From: Endomicrobiales bacterium
GTDB lineage: Bacteria > Elusimicrobiota > Endomicrobiia > Endomicrobiales > JALOBY01
Assembly: GCA_963796955.1 (NCBI GenBank)
Contig: CAWCNJ010000006.1
Span: 127,111 to 191,110, forward strand
Length of the DNA stretch: 64,000 nucleotides
Direction: 5' to 3'
This document shows, in pieces, positions 55,715-64,000 of the stretch (the first letter of the stretch is position 1; each line of letters begins with the position of its first letter). The notes under the pieces are model-generated. The model was not told the DNA's origin, ran no database searches, and saw only the letters and a program-made list of their open reading frames with translations. The position numbers were made by a program, and so were the translations under genes.

Positions 55715-58276
55715 ATGATCATGGCTTACATACTTTTTTGCGTCATACTCTCAATGTCGTTCTTTTTGTTCATAAATTACACCGTGCTGCTCGTTATGTA
55801 CGCGAGGCGCAGGGCGCCGGATACCTCCGCCATTAAAAGTTTTCCCAAGGTCAGCATCTTTAAGCCTATCAGCCACCCGGATGATTTCCTTGAAGAGAAC
55901 ATAGAAACCTTCTTCACCCTTGATTATCCCGATTATGAGATAATTTTCGGTATGGATACCGCAGACAGGGAATGTTACGACATCGTCGAACGGGCGCGCG
56001 GCAAATTCCCGGACGTGTCCTCCAGGGTCGTTTCTACCGTCGGGCCGAAGCTGCTGAACCCGAAGGTCACGACACTGATGCACATGGAGCCGCATTGCAG
56101 GGGCGAACTGTACTGGTTGACGGATTCCAATATCAGGGTGGAGCGCGATACGCTTAAACGCCTGGTGCACGAATATGCGGTGAACGGTTCAAAGGCCGTC
56201 TTTTCCCCGATACGCGGCACCGGCAGCTGCACGCTGGGCAGCATTATAGAGAACTCACAGGTAAACCTGTTCGTCTCGGGCAATATTATCGGAGCCTGGC
56301 TGTATCTCAGAAAACCGGTCGTGGTCGGGAAGTCCATATTGCTGGAACGCAAGGCCATGCATAGTATCGGCGGCTTTGAGCGCTTTCGCGAATACCTCGC
56401 CGAAGACTATATGATGGGCCAGATCTACCGCGAGGAAGGCATACCGATCTCCACTAATTTTACCTGGGTGACCAACTACAGCTCTTTCAGCTCGGTAACC
56501 CAGTTCTATTCCCGCATGGAACGCTGGGCGAAGCTGCGGTTCCATATGGGCCTGTTCGTGTATCTGACGGAAATTCTGATGAACCCGCTGGCCATAGCCG
56601 CCCTTGCCGCGCTGGTGCTGGGCCCGCCGGGCGTACACCTTTTCAAGCTTTCACTGTTGGCGGTAATGGTACTGGAATACCTGGTGCTTTTTGCCGTAAA
56701 CTCCGGGGATCGGCGTAATCCTTTTATCGTCGCATTGTACCCGCTCTGCATTCTGGTGAAAGCGGCGGCGCTTTTCTTTGTGTTCCTTGCGCCGTTCTTC
56801 TCTCTGGCGGTGAAGTGGCGCGGCAGGACGATAAAAATAGGTCACCTCAGCCGCATCATCGACATTATCGAACCGCATGGTAAAAGCGAAGACCGTGATT
56901 GCGGGGAAGCGCAGTCCGGTGCGGAGCACGGCGCGTATTTGAACACCGAAAAGAAAGCCTGGGTCGTTTCTATCGTCATGGGCCTGGGGCACATGCGGGC
57001 GGCCTGGCCTCTGCGCGACATTGCCGACGGCGGCATTATCGTCGATGGTACGACGGACTTTTGCAGCAGGGATGAATATCAGATATGGGAGCGTCTGCGC
57101 AAGATCTATTACGTTATCTCCAAGGCTGAGCGTCTGCCGGTTATCGGTAAACCGCTGATGGCTGTGCTGAACTGGATAGAACAGATCCCGTCGTACTACA
57201 CCCATGTGGACCTTTCAAAACCTACCTGGGCGGTACGGTATTTATACTACATGGTGCGCAAACGCGGGCTGTGCGCCGCCCTGCTTAAGAAGATCACCTC
57301 AAAAGATCTGCCGCTGCTGAGCACTTTTTACGCGGCCCCTATGGCCGCCGAAATGAACGGGCTGAAGGAGCAGCGCAACTACGTGGTGATATGCGATTCC
57401 GATATCAATCGCGTCTGGGCCCCGGAAAACCCGCGGGCCAGCGCTATCAAATACCTGATACCGTGCACGCAGGTGCGCAAACGGCTGCTTGCCTACGGCG
57501 TGCCGAAAGACAATATTTTCCTGACGGGATTCCCTCTGCCGAAGGAAAATATCGGCGGCAAAAGGATGAAGGTGCTTAAAGACGATCTTTTTCAACGCCT
57601 GCTGCGCCTGGATCCCGGCAACAAGTTCTTTACCATGCACGAGCGGGACGTGCTTTCACTGCTGGAAAAAGATGCCCTGCCCGAAAAACGCGACGACAGC
57701 CTGACGGTAATGTTCGCGGTGGGCGGCGCCGGGGCACAGTCGGACATGGCTGAGAAGATCATAAACAGCCTGCGCGGAAAAATAGTGGGCGGCAAGGTAA
57801 GACTGGTATTGTCCGCCGGTGTTCAAAGATCGGTTTACGATGAGTTCCTGCGCTATATAGACGCTATTAAGCTTGCGGACCATGTTGGTGCGGGTGTGCG
57901 GATCGTGTACAGCCCCGACGTATTTACCTACATGGAGCAGTTCAACCAGGCGCTGCGGTATACGGATGTACTGTGGACGAAACCGAGCGAGCTTTCTTTT
58001 TACTGCGCCCTCGGCCTGCCTATATTGCTTGCGCCGAGCGTGGGCGTGCACGAGGTCATGAACCACAACTGGCTCAGAGAGATCCACGCCGGCATAAAGC
58101 CGTCCGGCCCGCTGGAATATACGGACGAATGGCTGCTGGATCTGCGCGACAACGGCCGCCTGGCTTCCGCCGCCTGGGACGGTTTTTTGAAAGCCCGCAA
58201 GCTCGGCACCTACAAGATCGAGGACCTTATCACGACCGGCAAATGCACGATAGGTTCATTACCGCTTGAACAATAA
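55715..58276 (+). CDS. Fused glycosyltransferase: N-terminal GT-A ceramide-glucosyltransferase/HpnI-like membrane domain plus C-terminal GT-B (MGDG-synthase/MurG-like) domain
   Basis: N-half: PKVSIFKP, LDYPDYEIIFG, NPKV, TDSN, LAEDY, RMERWAKLR and TM helices. C-half: MGLGHMRAA, TGFPLP, VGGAG, WTKPSELSFYCALGLP. Confidence 0.75.
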   Translation: MIMAYILFCVILSMSFFLFINYTVLLVMYARRRAPDTSAIKSFPKVSIFKPISHPDDFLEENIETFFTLDYPDYEIIFGMDTADRECYDIVERARGKFPDVSSRVVSTVGPKLLNPKVTTLMHMEPHCRGELYWLTDSNIRVERDTLKRLVHEYAVNGSKAVFSPIRGTGSCTLGSIIENSQVNLFVSGNIIGAWLYLRKPVVVGKSILLERKAMHSIGGFERFREYLAEDYMMGQIYREEGIPISTNFTWVTNYSSFSSVTQFYSRMERWAKLRFHMGLFVYLTEILMNPLAIAALAALVLGPPGVHLFKLSLLAVMVLEYLVLFAVNSGDRRNPFIVALYPLCILVKAAALFFVFLAPFFSLAVKWRGRTIKIGHLSRIIDIIEPHGKSEDRDCGEAQSGAEHGAYLNTEKKAWVVSIVMGLGHMRAAWPLRDIADGGIIVDGTTDFCSRDEYQIWERLRKIYYVISKAERLPVIGKPLMAVLNWIEQIPSYYTHVDLSKPTWAVRYLYYMVRKRGLCAALLKKITSKDLPLLSTFYAAPMAAEMNGLKEQRNYVVICDSDINRVWAPENPRASAIKYLIPCTQVRKRLLAYGVPKDNIFLTGFPLPKENIGGKRMKVLKDDLFQRLLRLDPGNKFFTMHERDVLSLLEKDALPEKRDDSLTVMFAVGGAGAQSDMAEKIINSLRGKIVGGKVRLVLSAGVQRSVYDEFLRYIDAIKLADHVGAGVRIVYSPDVFTYMEQFNQALRYTDVLWTKPSELSFYCALGLPILLAPSVGVHEVMNHNWLREIHAGIKPSGPLEYTDEWLLDLRDNGRLASAAWDGFLKARKLGTYKIEDLITTGKCTIGSLPLEQ

Positions 58277-58297
58277 CTAAAAAAAAGGAGCAGTATC

Positions 58298-59305
58298 ATG
58301 GACGCGCTGGCAAAGTTGACGGAAGAAGCAAAAGCCCTGAAGGGGACTATTATTTTCGCGGAAGGCGACGAAGAACGCACTATTGAAGCGGCGGTAAACC
58401 TGAAAAAAGACGGTATCTGTGAAGTTGTAGCGCTGGCTCCTACCATAGAGGCGATGCGAACGCTCGCGGCAAAGAAGGGCCTGGATATCTCGAACATCAA
58501 ACTTTTGGCGCCGTCCCTTGATCTGCTGGACAAGGCGATCCTTACCAAGTTTTTGGAGGGGCGCAAAAACAAGGGGCTGACCGATGAACAGTCGCAGGCG
58601 GCAGCTTTGAGCCCTCTGAACTTTGCCGCGCTGTACGTTAAAAGCGGCAAAGCTACCGGCACCGTTATGGGCGCACGGGCCTCGACGCCCGATGTACTTC
58701 GCGCGGCGATAGGCGGCATCGGCGCCGCCCCGGGAATGAAATTGATCTCATCGTTCTTTCTTATGGTGCCGCCGGCGGGCCATCCGGTCATAAAAGAACC
58801 GGTGATCTATGCCGATTGCGGTGTGAACCCGGACCCAAGCACCCTGGGCCTGCGCGATATCGCTCTTGCGAGCGTCAGGAGCTTTAAGAGCCTGTTCCCC
58901 GGGCGCCCCGCCAAAGCCGCCTTCCTTTCTTTTTCCACCAAAGGAAGCGCCCAGCACCCCGTTTTGAAGAAAGTGCTTGATGCCGTGGCTTCAACGCAGG
59001 AACACTTCAAGGATGACACCGGGGTATCGGTAGACGGCGAGCTGCAATTTGATGCCGCGGTTATCCCCCAGATCGCACAGCGCAAGTCGCCGGGCTCAAA
59101 AATCCAGGGTGATGCCAATATCTTTATTTTCCCGGACCTTAATTCCGGCAATATTTGTTACAAGGTCACGGAGAGGCTTGGCGGCTTCACTGCGTTAGGT
59201 CCCATCATCCAGGGTGTAGCGGCGCCGATAAACGATCTCAGCCGCGGCTGCAGTGTGCGCGACATCTATTACGTTGCGGTGGTAACGCTTTTGCAAAGCC
59301 GGTAG
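58298..59305 (+). CDS. pta: Phosphate acetyltransferase (short PTA/EutD type)
   Basis: ISSFFLM, YADCGVNPDP, LSFSTKGSA, DGELQFDAA, FPDLNSGNICYK, GPIIQG...INDLSRG. Confidence 0.93.
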   Translation: MDALAKLTEEAKALKGTIIFAEGDEERTIEAAVNLKKDGICEVVALAPTIEAMRTLAAKKGLDISNIKLLAPSLDLLDKAILTKFLEGRKNKGLTDEQSQAAALSPLNFAALYVKSGKATGTVMGARASTPDVLRAAIGGIGAAPGMKLISSFFLMVPPAGHPVIKEPVIYADCGVNPDPSTLGLRDIALASVRSFKSLFPGRPAKAAFLSFSTKGSAQHPVLKKVLDAVASTQEHFKDDTGVSVDGELQFDAAVIPQIAQRKSPGSKIQGDANIFIFPDLNSGNICYKVTERLGGFTALGPIIQGVAAPINDLSRGCSVRDIYYVAVVTLLQSR

Positions 59306-59309
59306 TCAC

Positions 59310-60599
59310 GTGAAGAACGTTATCCGCACATCGTTGCGCTATTCATTCTGGGATGGCGCATACTACTCTATAATGTTCGGCCTGGGTGAATTCTACATTA
59401 TTCCCCTGGCCGTACATTTAAAGCTCTCACCAACAGAGATCGGTGTGCTTTCAGCCATGATGGGATTGGCGGCAGCGTTAGCCCAATTCGCTTCTCCCGC
59501 CCTTTCCAGGGTAGGCGGCCGCAAAAAACTGATAGTCCGGGCCGTATTCCTGCAGGCGCTCATGTGCCTGCCGCTGGGCGCCCTCACCCTTGCAAGGCCC
59601 CATTGGCCCTTAATGCCTTATATAGGTATTATATTGATAGGGCTCGCAACGGTGTACGCGGTATTCGGTTCCATCGCAACGCCCGCCTGGTCAAGTCTCA
59701 TAGGCCAATATATCCCCGCGAACACGCGCGGCAGGTATTTTTCCTGGAGGCAGCGCCTGACAGGTTTCATTACCCTGCTCAGTACCTTTGCCGGCGCCGC
59801 CATTATCCAGTTCCTGCCCGCCGGGTACTTCATCGTTTTCACCCTTGCCTCGGCTTCGCGTTTCGCTTCCGACTGGAGCCTGACAAAACACTACGAACCT
59901 TCCTGCCGCAGCGATGCCGGGTTTTACCGGAATATCGTTCATACCTTCAAAGATCCTGCCTCCCGGAATTTCACCCGATTCGCTGTTTTCATTTCCGCCC
60001 TGACGTTCGCGGTGAATGTGGCGACACCGTTCTTTGCGGTGTATATGCTCAGGGATCTTGCTTTCAGCACCGTCACCTACACCCTGATAACCGTTACTTC
60101 CACCTTCGTGACATTGCTTGCCATGCCTGCCTGGGGCCGCCACGCCGACAAACTGGGTAATGTACAGATAATAAAGCTTTCGTCGCTGCTTATGTGCATC
60201 CTTCCGGCGTTATGGCTGGTCTCGCCGAACAAACCGTACCTGTTTTTTATTCAAATAGTAGGCGGTTTTGCCTGGTCCGGTTTCAATATCGCGGTGAATA
60301 ACTTTATCTACGACGCAAGCCCCGAACGGCAGCGGCTGGGCAATTTCGCCTTCTTTAACCTGCTGAACGGCATGGGTATATGCCTGGGTTCGCTGGCCGG
60401 CGGCATTATTCTGCCGCACCTGCCGCTGATCTTTAAATACCAGGTGCTGACCGTTTTCGCACTTTCCACGGTATTGCGTTTTACCGTCGTGGCCATGTTG
60501 TCGGGCGTCAACGAGGTAAAACAGGTTGATACCGTCGGAAAACTTCCCCTGCTGCTGAGCCTTGCCGGTATCCGGCCCTTGAAAAGTCCCCGGTGCTGA
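59310..60599 (+). CDS. MFS transporter
   Basis: About 12 hydrophobic segments; PANTRGRYF and WGRHADKLGN (motif A-like); GTG start. Confidence 0.88.
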   Translation: MKNVIRTSLRYSFWDGAYYSIMFGLGEFYIIPLAVHLKLSPTEIGVLSAMMGLAAALAQFASPALSRVGGRKKLIVRAVFLQALMCLPLGALTLARPHWPLMPYIGIILIGLATVYAVFGSIATPAWSSLIGQYIPANTRGRYFSWRQRLTGFITLLSTFAGAAIIQFLPAGYFIVFTLASASRFASDWSLTKHYEPSCRSDAGFYRNIVHTFKDPASRNFTRFAVFISALTFAVNVATPFFAVYMLRDLAFSTVTYTLITVTSTFVTLLAMPAWGRHADKLGNVQIIKLSSLLMCILPALWLVSPNKPYLFFIQIVGGFAWSGFNIAVNNFIYDASPERQRLGNFAFFNLLNGMGICLGSLAGGIILPHLPLIFKYQVLTVFALSTVLRFTVVAMLSGVNEVKQVDTVGKLPLLLSLAGIRPLKSPRC

Positions 60600-60614
60600 G
60601 CAGCCAGAATTAGT

Positions 60615-60643
60615 TTGACTTTCTCTCGTTAAAAAGTTACTAT
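60615..60643 (+). promoter_or_regulatory. Sigma70 promoter TTGACT-N17-TACTAT upstream of the DUF4912 gene
   Basis: TTGACT 60615-60620 and TACTAT 60638-60643; GGAGG RBS before ATG 60694. Confidence 0.55.
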
Positions 60644-60693
60644 TAACTGTAAAATTATTGAAATAAATAATTCAATTGTGAGGGGAGGGTATT

Positions 60694-61020
60694 ATGTCAG
60701 ACAACGTCAGTTCCAGGGTGTATAACCCTATGCCGAATGAGGTCGTTCGCGCCGCCGGTCTTCCGAAAAATTACGGCGACACAAAGATAGTTATTTTGCC
60801 GCGCGACCCGATGTGGCTGTACGCCTATTGGGAAGTTTCCCCGGCGAGCATAAACGAGTTGCGCGCCAGCATTGGCGAGCAGAAACTCTCCTCCAGCCGC
60901 TGGGTATTGCGTACGTACGACGTAACGGACATACAATTCAACGGATCCAACGCCCACCGCCATTTTGATATCTCTCTTGGCACCGATGCCGATAACTGGT
61001 ACGTTAAGCGAGTGACTTAA
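60694..61020 (+). CDS. DUF4912 domain protein, truncated at the fold-back junction
   Basis: LPKNYGDTKIVILPRDPMWLYAYWEV...LRTYDVTDI.F...NWYV is the DUF4912 pattern. The stop lies inside the hairpin loop, so the 3' end is unreliable. Confidence 0.8.
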   Translation: MSDNVSSRVYNPMPNEVVRAAGLPKNYGDTKIVILPRDPMWLYAYWEVSPASINELRASIGEQKLSSSRWVLRTYDVTDIQFNGSNAHRHFDISLGTDADNWYVKRVT

Positions 61021-61031
61021 CTTCACCGACA

Positions 61032-64000
61032 TTAACGTACCAGTTATCGGCATCGGTGCCAAGAGATATCAAATGGCGGTGGGCGTTGGATCCGTTGGAT
61101 TGCTATATACCAGTTGCGTCGTACGTGGAGCCCGCCAATGCTGGCGCGCAACTCGTTTGCGCCAGAACCCAATAGGCGTACGGCCACATGGGGTCGCGCG
61201 GCAAAATAACTATCTTTGTGTGGCCGTAATTTTTCGGAAGACCAGCAGCATCTCATTCGGTGATACACCTGGAACTGACATTGTGTAAGTAACATAATAC
61301 CCTCCCCTCACAATTGAATTATTTATTTCGAATAATTTTACAGTTAATAGTAACTTTTTAACGAGAGAAAGTCAAACTAATTCTGGCTCCGCGCGTATTT
61401 TAAGGGCCAGATACCGGCAAGGCTCAGCAGCAGGGAAGTTTTCCGACGGGTATCAACCTGTTTTACCTCGTTAACGATTGGCCACGACGGTAAAACGCAA
61501 TACCCCATTGGAAATGTGCAAAAACGGTCAGCACCTGGTATTTAAAGATCAGCGGCAGGTGTGCGGCAGATCCCGCCGGCCAGCGAACCCAGGCACGGTA
61601 ATTGCATGCCGTTCAGCAGGTTAAAGAAAAGCAATTACCAGGCCCCGCATTTCGGGGCTTGCGTCGTCCATAAAGTTATTCACCGCGTCTCTGAAACTCA
61701 ACCACCACAAAACGCCTCTATTTGAATAAAAAACAGGTACGCATTTTGTTCGGCGAGACCAGCCATAACGCCGGAAAGCCGTGCGCGTAAGCAGCGACGA
61801 AAGCTTTATTATCTGTACATTACCCAGTTTGTCGGCGTGGCGGGCCCCAGGCGGGCGTGGCAAGCGAATGTCACGAAGGTGGAAGTAACGGTTATCAGGG
61901 GTAGGTAACTGAAAGCAAGATCCTGAGCATATACACCGCAAAGAACGGTGTCAGCCACATTCACAGCAAACGTAGGGCGGAAATGAAAAGACAAAGTGAT
62001 AATTCCAGGAGGCAGGATCTTTGAAGGTATGAACGATATTCGGTGAAACCCGGCATCGCTGCGGCAGGAAGGTCTTGTCAGGCTCCCATCAGAAGAGATT
62101 GGAAGCGAGGCAAGGGTGAAAACGATGAAGTACCCGGCAGGAACTGGATAATGGCCGCGCCGGCAAAGTGTACTGAGCAAACCTCTAGTCCCTCCAGGAA
62201 ACCCTGTTGGGCAATATTGGCCTATAGGTTGGACAGGGCGGCATTCGAGGAAATAAATACGATACACGTTGACCTTATCAATATAATACCTATATAAGGC
62301 ATTAAGGGCCAATGGGCGTTGCAAGGGTGAGGGACCCAGCAGCAGGCATAGCAGCCCTAGGAATACGGCCCGGAGTATCGGCTTCGGCGCGCGGCAGGAG
62401 AACGATAACGCTCCACAATCCCATGGCTGAAAAGCGCACCGATCTCTGTTGGTGAGAGCTTTAAATGTACGGCCAGGGAGATAGTTAATTTCGCCGGCCG
62501 AACATTATAGAGTAGTATGCGCCATCCCGGGTGTGACGATATACAGATAACATTCTTCACGTGAGGTTGCCGGTTTTCAAAGCATACGAACGTAATGTCG
62601 CGCACACTGCAGCCGCGGCTGAGATCGTTTATGGGCGCCGCTACACCCTGGAGGATGATGGGACCCTGACGCAGTGAAGCCGCCGAGCCTCCGTGACCTT
62701 GTAACAAATACTGCAGAATAACATACCAGGAAGATAAAGATATTCGCATCACCCTGGATTTTTGAGCCCGGCGACTTGTGCATGCGATCTGGGGATAACC
62801 GCGACAATCAGATTGCAGCTCGCCGTCTCGTCCGGTGTCATCCTTGAAGTGTTCCTGCGTTGAAGCCACGGCATCAAGCACTTTCTTCAAAACGGGGTGC
62901 TGACGCCTTGGTGGAAAAAGGAAGAGCGGTTTGGGGCGCCCGGGCTTAGGTTCTTAAAGCTTCCTAACGCTTTCGCGCAAGCGATCGCGCAGGCCCGGGT
63001 GCTTGGGTCCGGGTTGGCACCCGCAATCGGCATAGATCACGGTTTTTTATGACCGGATGGCCCGCCGGCGGCACCAAGTGAACGATGAGATCGTCCGCAC
63101 ACGACAATGTGCGTTATCGCCGCGCGAAAGTGACCGGGCGTCGAGGCCGTGCGCCCATGACACTCTAACGTACAGCGCGGCCGAGGGCTCAAAGTTGCCG
63201 CCTTGCAACTTGTTCATCGGTCAGCCCCTTGTTTGCGCCCCTCCAAAAACTTGGTAAGGATCGCCTTGTCCACAGAGTAGAAGAAAACCTCCACGACAAA
63301 GTTTGATGTTGAGATATCCAGCCCTCTTTGCCACGGAGCGTTGGCATCGTGGTTGAGCCACAGCTACAACCGTCTTTTTTCAGGTTTACCGCCGCTTCAA
63401 TAGTGCGTTCTTCGTCGCCTTCCGCGAAAAAATAATAAGTCCCCTTCAGGGCTTTTGCTTCTTCCGAAATTGGTCCAGCGCGTCCATGATACTGCTCCTT
63501 TTTAGTTATTGTTCAAGCGGTAATGAACCTATGCGCTCATTCCCAGTAGGTGATAAGGTATCGATCTTGTAGGTCGAGCTTGCGGGCTTTAGAAAAACGG
63601 CAGGCGGCGGAAGCCAGGCGGCCGTATCCAGCCCGTATATTCCAGCGGGCCGGACGGCTTTATGCCGGCGTGGATCTCTGAGCCAGTTGTGGTCACCTCG
63701 TGGCACCTCGGCGCTCGGCCAGCCGAGGGCGCAGTAAAAAGAAAGCTCGCTCAGTTTTCGTCCACAGTACATCCGTATACCGCAGCGCCTGGTAAACTGC
63801 TCGTGTGGTGATATGCGTCGGGGCTGTCGCGGATGCCGCAGGCCGGCACCATGGTCCGCAAGCTTAATAGCGTCTATATAGCGCAGAAAAAATCATGGTA
63901 AACGATCTTGAACACAGCAGACAATCCACTTCTTACCTTGCCCCGCCCACTATTTTACCACGCAGGCTGTTTATGATCTTCTCCATGTGCCTGTCCGCAC
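61032..64000 (-). repeat. Degraded inverted copy of ~57730-61007 (probable long-read fold-back artefact)
   Basis: The reverse complement matches DUF4912, MFS, pta and the GT 3' end in mirror order, with dense indels. Arms meet at 61007/61032. The copy (~2970 nt) is shorter than the original (~3280 nt). Confidence 0.92.

Noticed and set aside
61044..63772. ORFs in the terminal region resembling pta, MFS, GT and DUF4912 fragments (apparent pseudogenes)
   Set aside because: They are pieces of the error-rich inverted copy, not independent genes

Overview
Bacterial DNA with all recognisable genes on the + strand; the S/T-rich giant secreted proteins are reminiscent of Elusimicrobiota, but this is an impression only. 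About 48 kb encode two related surface-adhesin loci. Locus 1 (window edge to 15934) is a giant protein of at least 4,700 aa (FG-GAP propellers, FN3 domains, a 13-domain stalk, an FN3 'anchor module' and a T9SS type-B-like CTD), followed by a PorP/SprF/PorV-like barrel-TPR gene. Locus 2 (17648-47794) is a ~7,870-aa FG-GAP adhesin broken by two probable sequencing frameshifts. It ends in a pilin-like domain and is followed by three near-identical pilin-like genes, a two-domain chaperone-like gene, a free-standing copy of the anchor module and a near-identical barrel-TPR gene. The anchor copy starts with the same N-terminal strand as the pilins (D-[TS]-F-[QS]-I-T-F-T-P). This suggests an apparently undescribed usher-less donor-strand pilus: giant tip adhesin, pilin shaft, and CTD-bearing base on a SprF-like barrel. 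Downstream are an ABC transporter, a DUF2156 protein and an orphan motor-like operon (TolB-like/FN3, FliF-FliG fusion, MotA, two MotB, one lacking the conserved Asp). Then come a double glycosyltransferase, pta, an MFS transporter and a truncated DUF4912 gene. The last ~3 kb are an error-rich inverted copy of ~57730-61007, almost certainly a long-read fold-back artefact.
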